Source: an uncultured Gammaproteobacteria bacterium
GTDB taxonomy: Bacteria; Patescibacteriota; Microgenomatia; UBA10105; UBA927
Reading direction: 5' to 3'
DNA length: 64,000 bases
Assembly: GCA_964527425.1 (NCBI GenBank)
Contig: CAZGOA010000006.1
Coordinates: 13,928-77,927, forward strand
The stretch's first letter is position 1. Every line of letters starts with the position of its first letter. The position numbers and the translations under genes were made by a program. Of this stretch, positions 1 to 9,364 are shown one piece after another. A model generated the notes under the pieces. That model was not told the DNA's origin, did no database searches, and saw only the letters and a list, made by a program, of their open reading frames with translations.

Positions 1-368
1 TCGTGGGTGTTTTTATCTGGATAGTAGGATTTTATATTGAGACTACTGCAGATATGCAGCTTACACGGTTTATACATAATCCTCAAAATAAAGGAAAGAT
101 TATGGACAAGGGGTTATGGCGATATTCCCGGCATCCGAATTATTTTGGTGAGGTGGTTCAGTGGTGGGGTATTTGGATGCTGGCTTTAGTAACCCCAATT
201 GGATTTTTCACTATCATAGGACCGCTGACAATAACATATCTTATTCTATTTGTGTCTGGAGTACCTCTTCTTGAGAATAAATATGAAGGCAGGTATGACT
301 ATGAGCAATATAAAAAAAGAACAAGTAAATTTTTTCCATTACCACCAAGGTCTAATAATACCCACTAA
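1..368 (+). CDS. DUF1295 / steroid 5-alpha-reductase-like membrane protein (5' truncated by the window)
   Basis: Motif GLWRYSRHPNYFGE..WWG and C-terminal Y..Y...TS.F.P; the frame is open to the window edge. Confidence 0.85.
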   Translation, partial: VGVFIWIVGFYIETTADMQLTRFIHNPQNKGKIMDKGLWRYSRHPNYFGEVVQWWGIWMLALVTPIGFFTIIGPLTITYLILFVSGVPLLENKYEGRYDYEQYKKRTSKFFPLPPRSNNTH

Positions 369-397
369 CGTTATAATAATGCTCTAGTACACGGACA

Positions 398-435
398 TGT
401 TAACAGTTTGTTAATGTGTAAATACATGGTATTAT
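398..435 (+). promoter_or_regulatory. Putative promoter of the P-type ATPase: extended -10 (TGgTATTAT, 427-435) with a TGTTAA direct repeat (398-403, 409-414) over the -35 region
   Basis: Read from sequence; the 11-bp repeat period resembles OmpR/PhoB-family boxes. Confidence 0.45.
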
Positions 436-552
436 TTTAGTAATTCTAAAAACGCCTTGGATGATCTAGTTTATAGTTCATCAATTATTACCGGCCAAGA
501 ATTATACTGTGGTCGGTTTTTCATAAAAAATCCCCACAAAACTCTTAATTTT

Positions 553-3168
553 ATGAAAGATAAGTCAACAGGATTATCTACACAGCAGGCAAATAAGAAA
601 CTATTAGAAGTCGGGTATAACGAACTTACTGAGCAAAAAAAAGCATCTCCATTAACAATACTTCTTAGACAAGTAAAAGGAAATTTTGTATTATATCTTC
701 TTATTTTTTCAGCTATTCTTTCATTACTTGTTGGTAAAGTAGTAACAACGTATGTAATTTTTTTCGTTATTTCGTTAGTTATTATCGTCGGATTCGTTTT
801 AGAATATAAGGCTGAAAAAGCAATAGAAGCACTGAAAAAAATGGTTCAGGAATTCTCATTAGTATTGCGAGACGGAAAAGAAATAGAAATTCCTTCAAGA
901 GAGCTTGTTCCAGGAGATATTATTCTTTTGCAAAGTGGTAAAAAAATACCGGCAGATGCAGTAATTTTGGAGGCAAATAATCTTCATGTAAATGAAGCGG
1001 TACTAACAGGTGAATCACAAGAGGTTGAAAAACAGGCTTTGGGATCTTCAGAAAATTCTGAAGATATCAATAAGGTCTTTATGGGTACATTCGTTGTAAA
1101 CGGAAAATGTATCGCCAAAGTAATTGACACTGGTATGAGTACAAAATTTGGTGGTATCGCTCATATGATTTCCAGTAGTGAAAAAGATCTTCCGCTTCAA
1201 GAAAAAATAAACCACATTACAAAATACATGATATTTGTATCTCTAACATTTTCCTTCTTAACGGGGTTGCTTATGTTTATGAGAAGTGACTCATTAACAT
1301 ATTCAGTCATTGCAGAAATATTAATCGTTGTGATTGCGTTATCTGTTTCTGCAGTACCTGAGGGTTTACCGGTTGTATTAGTAACTACTTTGGCCAATGG
1401 CGCAATGCGTATGGCGAAAAGAAATGCAATAGTGAATAGAATGTCTGTAATAGGTACTATCGGGGAGACAACGGTAATTTGTTCAGATAAAACCGGAACC
1501 ATCACCAAAGGGGAGATGACAGTAAAAAAAGTATTTACATCAGGTAGTATGTATGACGTTACCGGAGACGGGTATGAACATAATGGTGAAGTTGTAATAA
1601 ATAATCAGAAAGCCGTATGGTCAGAAGATCACTCATTTAATTTTTTGCTTCAGACAGCAGTACTCAATAATGATGCAAAAGTACAAAGAAAAGAAGGGGA
1701 AAATACATATTTAGTTTCAGGAACTCCAACAGAGGCTTCGCTTCTAATTTTTGCTGAAAAAGCAGGATTACAAATAGATACGCTCCCAAATAAACGTATA
1801 GAAGAAATACCGTTTTCTTCGACGAGGAAAATGATGTCAGTCTTAAGTGAAGATGGGAATATCTATGTTAAAGGTGCTCCAGAAATGATTTTACAGCATT
1901 GTTCAAGAATTCAAATTGGTGAAAAAATAGTGAATCTTGATTCTAAACATAAGTCAGAAATTATTAAAAACATGCAATCACTCGCAAACCAGGCCTACCG
2001 CACATTAGCGTTAGCGTATAAAGTTCATGGAACACATAAACAGTATCAAGAGACTGACCTTATTTTTCTTGGTCTAGTAGGCATAGAAGATCCACCTAGA
2101 GAAGAAGTAAAGCATGCTGTCGCAACATCGCTTGCGGCTGGAATCAAGGTCAAAATGATTACTGGTGATAACCCTGATACAGCATTTGCCATTGCAACTC
2201 AAATAGGATTAACCGGAAACATCGTAGAGGGTAAAGAAATAGATGCTCTTTCTGATGATGAATTAGCATACGCAATTAAGGATGTTGTGGTTTTTGCTCG
2301 TGTTCGACCGGAACATAAAGTACGCATTGTTAAAGCTCTAAAAAAGAACGGTGAACTCGTCGCGATGACTGGAGATGGAGTAAATGATGCACCAGCCCTT
2401 AAAGAATCGCATGTTGGTATAGCAATGGGAATAGCGGGTACAGATGTTTCCCGATCTGTTGCTGATATAACCCTTAAGGATGACAATTTTGCGACTATAG
2501 TAGCTGCTATTAAAGAGGGTAGGGGAATCTTTAGTAATATTCAAACCTTTGTCTCTTACCAGTTATCTGTAAATATGGCACAGTTATTTATTATCTTTAT
2601 TGGAGTATTACTGGGACCATATTTGGGTTGGCAAATTCCACTTTTTGTTGCTCTGCAAATTTTATTCGTAAATCTTATTACAGATAGTTTGCCAGCAATA
2701 GCTCTTGGTCTAATTCCAGCAGATAGTGAGGTTATGAAGAGAAAACCTGTACGCAGCGGTATACTTACTCTTCAGTTAACAGTATTTATAATTCTTATCG
2801 GTGTAACAACAGGCTTAGTTGTTTTAGCAACCTTCTTCCTTTTTCATGATCATTTTAATTTACCTCATGAAGAAGCACGGTCTTTAGCTTTTGTTAGTTT
2901 TATACTTATGGCAATTGTGAATGCATTTAATTTTCGTACATTACGATCATCTGTTTTCTCGCATCTTCACGTAAAGAATAATTATTTAGTAATCGCTTCA
3001 TTGATTTCTTTACTGGCAACATTGGTAGTAATTTATACGCCAATTAGGAGGTATTTTGAGCTTGTACCATTGACGTTTGAAGATTGGATGGTTGCGTTCC
3101 TTGCTGCATTTGCAATTACTACTTTTTTTGAAGTTATCAAATTTTTTCATCGAAAACTCTATATATAA
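553..3168 (+). CDS. P2-type cation-transporting ATPase (Ca2+/Mn2+-like)
   Basis: TGES, PEGL, DKTGT, KGAPE, TGDN, GDGVND and QILFVNLITD motifs; ATG 553 preferred over TTG 457. Confidence 0.93.
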   Translation: MKDKSTGLSTQQANKKLLEVGYNELTEQKKASPLTILLRQVKGNFVLYLLIFSAILSLLVGKVVTTYVIFFVISLVIIVGFVLEYKAEKAIEALKKMVQEFSLVLRDGKEIEIPSRELVPGDIILLQSGKKIPADAVILEANNLHVNEAVLTGESQEVEKQALGSSENSEDINKVFMGTFVVNGKCIAKVIDTGMSTKFGGIAHMISSSEKDLPLQEKINHITKYMIFVSLTFSFLTGLLMFMRSDSLTYSVIAEILIVVIALSVSAVPEGLPVVLVTTLANGAMRMAKRNAIVNRMSVIGTIGETTVICSDKTGTITKGEMTVKKVFTSGSMYDVTGDGYEHNGEVVINNQKAVWSEDHSFNFLLQTAVLNNDAKVQRKEGENTYLVSGTPTEASLLIFAEKAGLQIDTLPNKRIEEIPFSSTRKMMSVLSEDGNIYVKGAPEMILQHCSRIQIGEKIVNLDSKHKSEIIKNMQSLANQAYRTLALAYKVHGTHKQYQETDLIFLGLVGIEDPPREEVKHAVATSLAAGIKVKMITGDNPDTAFAIATQIGLTGNIVEGKEIDALSDDELAYAIKDVVVFARVRPEHKVRIVKALKKNGELVAMTGDGVNDAPALKESHVGIAMGIAGTDVSRSVADITLKDDNFATIVAAIKEGRGIFSNIQTFVSYQLSVNMAQLFIIFIGVLLGPYLGWQIPLFVALQILFVNLITDSLPAIALGLIPADSEVMKRKPVRSGILTLQLTVFIILIGVTTGLVVLATFFLFHDHFNLPHEEARSLAFVSFILMAIVNAFNFRTLRSSVFSHLHVKNNYLVIASLISLLATLVVIYTPIRRYFELVPLTFEDWMVAFLAAFAITTFFEVIKFFHRKLYI

Positions 3169-3406
3169 CATAGTAAAAAGAACAGGCGTTTAGGTTAACA
3201 ATTAATGTTTTAATCTGTAGTTTTTCGATAGGGGATGATCAATAGAGTATAGAATAATTGGTCTTTGTGTTACGCTTCTTGTCATGAATACTAAGTACTA
3301 CACATTACTTTCTCAACGCTACTTACGAAAAGAATAACAGACGCATGTTCGGTTCATAGCTTCTTATTATTGGGAAATATAGCATTGTTAACAACACGGT
3401 GGGTGT

Positions 3407-3847
3407 CTAAGAGGATTTATTCTCTGTATCCAGTTCGTGTTTAATAATATATTTAGTTTCCTTTTCAATATTTTCAATTTTTTGATCGAGCTGACTTATT
3501 CTTTCAAACAGCCTCTCCCAGTAAAATTCTTCTTGGTTTCTGCTCATACTCGAACTAATAATCGCAATGAGGGAACCAAAGAGCATAGTCCCTAAAATCT
3601 GCATAAAAATTCCTATAAAACGTCCGGCTTCAGTTACTGGTGTAACATCACCGTATCCAACCGTTGTGAGTGTTTGCACTGTCCACCAGAGCCCATCGCT
3701 GTAGGAGGTTATTTTTGCATTATTAGCCTGAGATTCAATTGGTACAATTGCAAAAGAAATAATTATGGATAACAGAACAGCTCCTGCTAACATTTGTTTA
3801 AATCGTCTGTGTCGTAAAAGCCGCTGTCTTAAGGAATGTATTTTCAT
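3407..3847 (-). CDS. KcsA-like 2-TM potassium channel
   Basis: Pore helix WWTVQT, TVGYGD selectivity filter, two TM helices, C-terminal coiled coil. Confidence 0.92.
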   Translation of the reverse strand: MKIHSLRQRLLRHRRFKQMLAGAVLLSIIISFAIVPIESQANNAKITSYSDGLWWTVQTLTTVGYGDVTPVTEAGRFIGIFMQILGTMLFGSLIAIISSSMSRNQEEFYWERLFERISQLDQKIENIEKETKYIIKHELDTENKSS

Positions 3848-3854
3848 ACGTTGT

Positions 3855-5669
3855 TTACCCTATTAAATCAAAAGCTTTTAGTTTTTCTTGTTGTTCATCT
3901 GAAGGGGATTTGAGAAGTTTTTGTTGTAGGGCAACAAGTTGAGCGTACAATCCTTTTTTATCTTTCAAAAGCTCCTTGTGGTTTCCGTATTGAGCAATTG
4001 TTCCATCTTGCAATACTAATATGGTATCAGCATTGGCAATAGTTGATAGTCGATGAGCAATTATTATCGATGTTCTGTCTTTTAATAACGCTTCTAATCC
4101 TTTTTGGACTTCGATTTCAGCTTTGCTATCGAGCGAGCTCGTTGCTTCGTCTAAAATAATAATAGGGGCATTTTTTAACATAGCTCTTGCAATGGCAATG
4201 CGTTGTTTCTGACCACCACTTAATTTAACTCCACGTTCACCAATCATACTGTCATACCCTTGTGAAAGATCTTCTATAAAATTGTGCGCATTTGCCGCTT
4301 TGGCAGCTGCAATTATTTCTTCATTTGTTGCCTGAGGTTTACCATATCTAATATTTTCTTTTATGGTTCCTGAAAAGAGCAGGGATTCTTGAAAAACGAC
4401 AGCAATATGTTCATGAAGCGATTGTTGAGATACATGTCCAATATCAACATTCCCAATCGTTATTGCGCCTTTTTGTGGTTCATAGTAGCGTAGAAGTAAA
4501 TTGACAATAGTTGATTTACCTTGACCGCTTTCACCAACTAATGCAAATTTTTCTCCTTGTTTTATTGTAAAAGATATATTTTGTAATACGTCCTTTCCTG
4601 ATTCATAAGAAAAATAAACTTTATTAAATTCGATAAAAGAATTATTTTTTTTCTGGTGTTTCTCTAAGTGGAGAGGTATTGTGTTTTTTTTGTCAGTAAT
4701 AATAGATTGTGTTTCTATAACTTGGAAAAAGTCCTTTGAACCACTCGTTGCTTGCTGAATTTGACCTAATATATACGACATTGCAAATAAAGGAAATCGA
4801 GCTTGTTGTACCAGTGTAAGCAACAATGTCATTTCTCCTAATGTAAATCGTTCTAAAAAGGTCCAATAGACGATATAGGCATAAATACAGAAAAGAATAA
4901 TATTTAACACTACCCGTCTAAAAAAATCATACAGGTGCCATTGTCTTGTCTGTTGAAGGGTTAGACCCTCTAGTTTTTTTCTGGCTTTTAAGTATGAAGC
5001 TAATTCTATGAGTTCTGCTGCAAAAGATTTAACGACTCGTATGCCAACTAAACTTTCAAATACTCTTCCTTGTGCCTGATCTTGAATTTGATTTTTTTCT
5101 TGCTCATGTTTCATCCATGCTTGACTTGAGCCATGAGAAATAAGGATGTAAATAGGAAACAGTACAGCCAATAAGATACTTATTACGTACGAATATTGTG
5201 CAAGCAGGAAAATAGTAACGAATGCTGTAAGGAAAAAAGGAAGAAAATTATTCAACATGTTTTGAATAAATTCAGTAATAGAAGTTATTCCTCTGTACAT
5301 CTTATTTACAATTTTTCCTGTTATTTCGTTATCATAATAGCCTATATGAAGACTTAAAATATGACTATAAAATTGCTTTGAAAGGAATGTTTGTAATCGA
5401 ACTGTAAAGATATCTCCGATCCACTGACTAACAGCTGTAAGGATACTTATCGAAATGTCAACAGCAATCATTAGTAAAAGTAAATAATAGAAATCAGAGA
5501 AATTTATGTCATAACCACTAATTTGATTCACAATAAGATCTACTACATTTTTAGACAAAAGGGGTACTACGAGAGAGAGGAGAGAGATAACTATTACAAA
5601 CAATCCTAATACGAGGTACCAAAGAGTATATTTTTTTGTAAAAGCGAGAATTTTTAGAATGGGATGCAT
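3855..5669 (-). CDS. ABC exporter, fused permease/ATPase (MsbA/Sav1866 type)
   Basis: 6-TM N-domain, GESGQGKS, LSGGQ, ILDEATS, IAHRLST; ATG 5669 preferred. Confidence 0.92.
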   Translation of the reverse strand: MHPILKILAFTKKYTLWYLVLGLFVIVISLLSLVVPLLSKNVVDLIVNQISGYDINFSDFYYLLLLMIAVDISISILTAVSQWIGDIFTVRLQTFLSKQFYSHILSLHIGYYDNEITGKIVNKMYRGITSITEFIQNMLNNFLPFFLTAFVTIFLLAQYSYVISILLAVLFPIYILISHGSSQAWMKHEQEKNQIQDQAQGRVFESLVGIRVVKSFAAELIELASYLKARKKLEGLTLQQTRQWHLYDFFRRVVLNIILFCIYAYIVYWTFLERFTLGEMTLLLTLVQQARFPLFAMSYILGQIQQATSGSKDFFQVIETQSIITDKKNTIPLHLEKHQKKNNSFIEFNKVYFSYESGKDVLQNISFTIKQGEKFALVGESGQGKSTIVNLLLRYYEPQKGAITIGNVDIGHVSQQSLHEHIAVVFQESLLFSGTIKENIRYGKPQATNEEIIAAAKAANAHNFIEDLSQGYDSMIGERGVKLSGGQKQRIAIARAMLKNAPIIILDEATSSLDSKAEIEVQKGLEALLKDRTSIIIAHRLSTIANADTILVLQDGTIAQYGNHKELLKDKKGLYAQLVALQQKLLKSPSDEQQEKLKAFDLIG

Positions 5670-5715
5670 GTGTTTATTGATTGAATAATAAAATTGTAGC
5701 AAAATTTCCCGAGCA

Positions 5716-6114
5716 TTATTCGTGAGTTTTTTCTATTCTAGAGTTTCGTTTAATTGGATCATTAATCGTCCCTGTTAATAAACACAAAGCGTAAAAGGCA
5801 AAAAGGTAGGCTGCATAGAGAATCATTGCATTTGCAGTCATATTAGGAAATATTGATTCCCAATAGATAAAGAGGGGAATTTCTAACAACAGGAATGTCG
5901 GAAATATTCTCCCGGCAAGTATTGTTTGCGTAACGTTGGTTATATGAAGCCGATCATATAACGTGTACGTCACCAGATACACGAGAGGAATTGTTATAAA
6001 AATAAGTATATATAACAGTGGACTATTTAAATTAAAGATAAGATGACCTAAAAGTCTAATGATACTCTGAGACAGAATCCATAATCCTAAACATATTACT
6101 GTAAATTTCATCAT
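5716..6114 (-). CDS. Small 4-TM hypothetical membrane protein
   Basis: 132 aa hydrophobic ORF filling the gap, divergent from the NUDIX gene. Confidence 0.65.
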   Translation of the reverse strand: MMKFTVICLGLWILSQSIIRLLGHLIFNLNSPLLYILIFITIPLVYLVTYTLYDRLHITNVTQTILAGRIFPTFLLLEIPLFIYWESIFPNMTANAMILYAAYLFAFYALCLLTGTINDPIKRNSRIEKTHE

Positions 6115-6132
6115 TCTAGCTATAATTATAGC

Positions 6133-6552
6133 ATGTCTTTAACCGCTAACATGCTTGATGTTGTTGCAATTGTCATTATTCAAGAGAGAAAAGTGTTATT
6201 CACCAAACCATTTAATAAGAAGGTTTATTATTTGCCTGGGGGAAAGAAAAAGAAAAAAGAAACAGATATGGACGCGTTAATAAGAGAAGTAAAAGAAGAA
6301 CTGGGTGTCGCTGTTATTGTTGATTCCTTAACGTTATTCTCTCAGTATTATACTGACGCATATGGAGAAGGAGAGGGTGTTAAACTACATATTCGGTATT
6401 ATTTAGGTGCTTTTGAGGGAACTATTACTCCTTTGTCAGAAATAGAAACGATTTCCTATATGAACGCTTCTGAGTATCTTTCAAAAAAAGAAGTTGCACC
6501 TGCGACACAATTGTTAGTTGCAGATTTAAAAAAAGCAAACTTAATCGATTAG
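6133..6552 (+). CDS. NUDIX hydrolase
   Basis: Nudix box PGG....ET..DALIREVKEELG. Confidence 0.9.
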   Translation: MSLTANMLDVVAIVIIQERKVLFTKPFNKKVYYLPGGKKKKKETDMDALIREVKEELGVAVIVDSLTLFSQYYTDAYGEGEGVKLHIRYYLGAFEGTITPLSEIETISYMNASEYLSKKEVAPATQLLVADLKKANLID

Positions 6553-6555
6553 TTT

Positions 6556-6584
6556 TTGTAAATAGCTTACTAGTATGGTAAAAT
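6556..6584 (+). promoter_or_regulatory. Sigma70-type promoter of the RRM gene
   Basis: TTGTAA (6556-6561), 17 bp, TAAAAT (6579-6584), with TG extension. Confidence 0.6.
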
Positions 6585-6701
6585 ACCCCAGTCTATATCG
6601 TTCACGTCTGATTGTATATCGTGTTTTGTCACAAGAAAGATTCCTTTCTGCAAACATACCGTGTTCGCGTTCGTGTGGTATAGGAGAAAGGAGTTCATTA
6701 T

Positions 6702-6962
6702 ATGAATCTCTTCGTCGGGAATATTCCCTACAGCATGACCGATCAACGTCTTGCTGAAATTTTTGCTGAAGCAGGAACTGTTGTTTCTGCAAAAGTGATC
6801 GTTGATAAGTTTTCAGGACGATCACGAGGATTTGCCTTTGTTGAAATGGCAAGCCAAGAGGAAGGCAAAAAAGCTATAGAGTTACTCCATCAAAAAGATA
6901 TTGATGGTAGACCTCTCGTAGTTAATGAAGCTCGTCCTCGAGAAGATAAACCTCGAAACTAA
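6702..6962 (+). CDS. RRM (RNP-1) RNA-binding protein
   Basis: RNP2 LFVGNI and RNP1 RGFAFVEM; SD AAGGAG upstream. Confidence 0.95.
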   Translation: MNLFVGNIPYSMTDQRLAEIFAEAGTVVSAKVIVDKFSGRSRGFAFVEMASQEEGKKAIELLHQKDIDGRPLVVNEARPREDKPRN

Positions 6963-6976
6963 AAATATTATTTTTA

Positions 6977-7010
6977 AAGAGCTCCTTACTAAAAAGGAGC
7001 TCTTTTTTTT
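6977..7010 (+). terminator. Intrinsic terminator after the RRM gene
   Basis: AAGAGCTCCTT-actaaa-AAGGAGCTCTT followed by a T run. Confidence 0.85.
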
Positions 7011-7019
7011 GTGTAACAC

Positions 7020-7048
7020 TTGCCAGATACACATAAACGCATTAGTCT
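7020..7048 (+). promoter_or_regulatory. Sigma70-type promoter, -10 ends 6 nt before ATG 7055 (leaderless-type)
   Basis: TTGCCA, 17 bp, TAGTCT, ttaagt, ATG. Confidence 0.55.
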
Positions 7049-7054
7049 TTAAGT

Positions 7055-7729
7055 ATGCCTAAAGTTAGTCAACCGAAAGTGACGGATAATGGATTAGTCG
7101 GAATTTTCCGACTGTGGGCATGGATTTTGCTGATTTGGTCTCTTTATCGTTACTTTTTTAATTTTTCTGAAGTAGTTGATGAATTTGTTGCAAAACCATT
7201 AGTATTTGTTGTCCCAATTTTTCTCTACGTATTATTTATTGAAAAACGTTCTCTTTCTTCATTAGGACTAACTTCCAAGAATTTTTTCACTAGTTTATAT
7301 ACAGGTATCGGTATTGGTTTTTTATTTGCATTGCAGGGGTTAGCAGCAAACTTTATTAAATATGGAGATTTTACAATTAATCCAATTCAGGCATTTAGAG
7401 AGTATGGATTTTTTCTCGTAGTTATTTCTTTAATGACCGCATTTAGTGAAGAATTACTTGGAAGAGGATTCTTATTTTCAAGATTTTTTGAAAAAAGTAA
7501 TGAAAATTTAATTTATTCTTCAGTTTATTCAACAGGAATGTTTGTTCTTCTGCATGTTCCAATATTATTAACAACGTTTAAATATCAAGGAACAACATTG
7601 ATCATGTTTTTTGCAACGAGTATAGCCATTGGGTTTGCAAACTCTATTTTATTTCGTTATTCCAAATCATTAGTTGCTCCAATATTGGTACATCTTTTTT
7701 GGAATATGACAGTAGCTCTCTATTTGTAA
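7055..7729 (+). CDS. CPBP (CAAX/Abi) family intramembrane metalloprotease
   Basis: EELLGRG, F...H and H..WN motifs in a multi-TM protein. Confidence 0.88.
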   Translation: MPKVSQPKVTDNGLVGIFRLWAWILLIWSLYRYFFNFSEVVDEFVAKPLVFVVPIFLYVLFIEKRSLSSLGLTSKNFFTSLYTGIGIGFLFALQGLAANFIKYGDFTINPIQAFREYGFFLVVISLMTAFSEELLGRGFLFSRFFEKSNENLIYSSVYSTGMFVLLHVPILLTTFKYQGTTLIMFFATSIAIGFANSILFRYSKSLVAPILVHLFWNMTVALYL

Positions 7730-9354
7730 TTAGTTGAAGGTGAAGATTCTAGAGTATCAAGTAATAATTTAATTTTTTCTGTTTCTCCTGTTTCAGTATA
7801 CAGCTTAAGTAGTGCTTCATATGAAAAATAAAATGCTGGATTCACTTCTAAAGCTTTTAGTAAATAGTATTCCGCTGTTTGATATTGCTTTTGTTCTAAA
7901 TAGAGATTGCCGAGATTATGATAGGCATTGGGTAGCGAAGGATTAAGGGTTATAACTTGATTATATTCAACTATAGCTTTCTCTAGCTCACCACGTTTGT
8001 GATATTCCATGGCTAAATTATTTCTGACTCTAAAACTGTTTGGAACGTATCGCAATGTATGAGTATACAAACGAAGCGGATCCTGCCAGTCATGTTGCCG
8101 TATCCAAGACCTAACAACCCAAATCCCAATGATACACAGTATTAAAACGTACAATAACTTTTTTATAGCTTTTTCATTCTTTTTTGTAGATATAAAAATA
8201 AACAGTAATGACAGGAGTAAACCAAAAAAGAATACTAAAGGAGTATAGAGAAAATGTTCATACATTAATCCGTTTATCAGTAATAATCCTGAAAAAGGAA
8301 GGAAAGCAACAAAAAACCCTAGAAAGAAAAAAAGACAGATTGACCAAACAGGATGGTTTTTATAACGAATAAGTAGTAAAGCGAACATAGTTGTTAAAAA
8401 GAAAAAAACGAGAAATGAAGGGAAATGCCAGAGAGAAGTTGGAATAGTTACACTAAAATCCCTATCATAGTATAAATCTTTAGGAAAAAGCAGAATAAAT
8501 AGGTATTGTGGAAGTAGCGTTAAGAATACGACTATTCGTAATAGTGGTGAATATGTATATGGATGATCTCCCCAAATAGATGACATATCAATTTGTTGTA
8601 TTATCTGAAAGTGATAAATTAAATAGGTTATTGTAATTAATAAAAACATACCAAGACTTCTGAATGCATCAAATATAAGGTCAGTCTTTATTGAGCTTAT
8701 ACTGTTAATTTTTTTTGCTCTATTAAAGAGCCAAAGAAGTAGTATTATTCCACCAAAAATAATTCCTGATTCTTTAGACAAGAGGGATACGGTATAAGCA
8801 GTCATACTAGCAAATGGCATGTTGGTTGGTGGTGTTTTTATAAAGAGAAAAAGACTTAAAAAACCAAAAAAGGTGACCAAAGGATCTGATACCCCAGACA
8901 CATAACTAACCGCTTCTGTTTGCACAGGATGAATTAAGAAAATAAGGGAGATGACTAGAGCGAATATCTGATTATTACGCTTTAAATAGGATGTTGTGGT
9001 ATGGTGTTTATCGGGCAGTACATAGACAAACAGTGAATGTACAAACAAATACACAGTTATTGCTGCAAGTATATGAATGATAATGCTCACAGCATGGAAA
9101 AGAAGGGGAGAGGGACCATTTATCGCATAGAGTAAGGCATAGAGAATAAATTGTATTGGTCTAAAATAATTAGAATCTTTATTGCTGCCTTCAACTGCCT
9201 GTTGGGTAAAGAATTTATCGATTTGAAAGGTTTTTACATACTTATTTTCCAGGATAAAATCTGTATCGTCCCAAAATAATGATCCAGAAAAAGAAGGAAT
9301 ATATGAGATCAATCCAAGTATGATAATGAGGATATAAGCGACACTTTTTTTCAC
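7720..9354 (-). CDS. TMTC-like GT-C glycosyltransferase with C-terminal TPRs
   Basis: WDD in the first loop, YFRP, HPVQTEAV, SKESG, YEHFLY; TPR repeats (NNLA, HNLG). Confidence 0.8.
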   Translation of the reverse strand: MKKSVAYILIIILGLISYIPSFSGSLFWDDTDFILENKYVKTFQIDKFFTQQAVEGSNKDSNYFRPIQFILYALLYAINGPSPLLFHAVSIIIHILAAITVYLFVHSLFVYVLPDKHHTTTSYLKRNNQIFALVISLIFLIHPVQTEAVSYVSGVSDPLVTFFGFLSLFLFIKTPPTNMPFASMTAYTVSLLSKESGIIFGGIILLLWLFNRAKKINSISSIKTDLIFDAFRSLGMFLLITITYLIYHFQIIQQIDMSSIWGDHPYTYSPLLRIVVFLTLLPQYLFILLFPKDLYYDRDFSVTIPTSLWHFPSFLVFFFLTTMFALLLIRYKNHPVWSICLFFFLGFFVAFLPFSGLLLINGLMYEHFLYTPLVFFFGLLLSLLFIFISTKKNEKAIKKLLYVLILCIIGIWVVRSWIRQHDWQDPLRLYTHTLRYVPNSFRVRNNLAMEYHKRGELEKAIVEYNQVITLNPSLPNAYHNLGNLYLEQKQYQTAEYYLLKALEVNPAFYFSYEALLKLYTETGETEKIKLLLDTLESSPSTNYK

Positions 9355-9364
9355 AGTTATAATT

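Noticed and set aside
457-552. N-terminal extension of the ATPase from TTG 457
   Set aside because: Family similarity (GLS..QA..L...G.NEL) begins just after ATG 553, and the region looks like a structured leader
3169-3406. 238-bp gap between convergent genes with a 27-codon minus-strand ORF
   Set aside because: No convincing promoter, RBS or stable structure found by eye
6541-6852. ORFs 6541-6852(-) and 6575-6757(+)
   Set aside because: They overlap the RRM gene and its promoter/UTR and have no protein-like features
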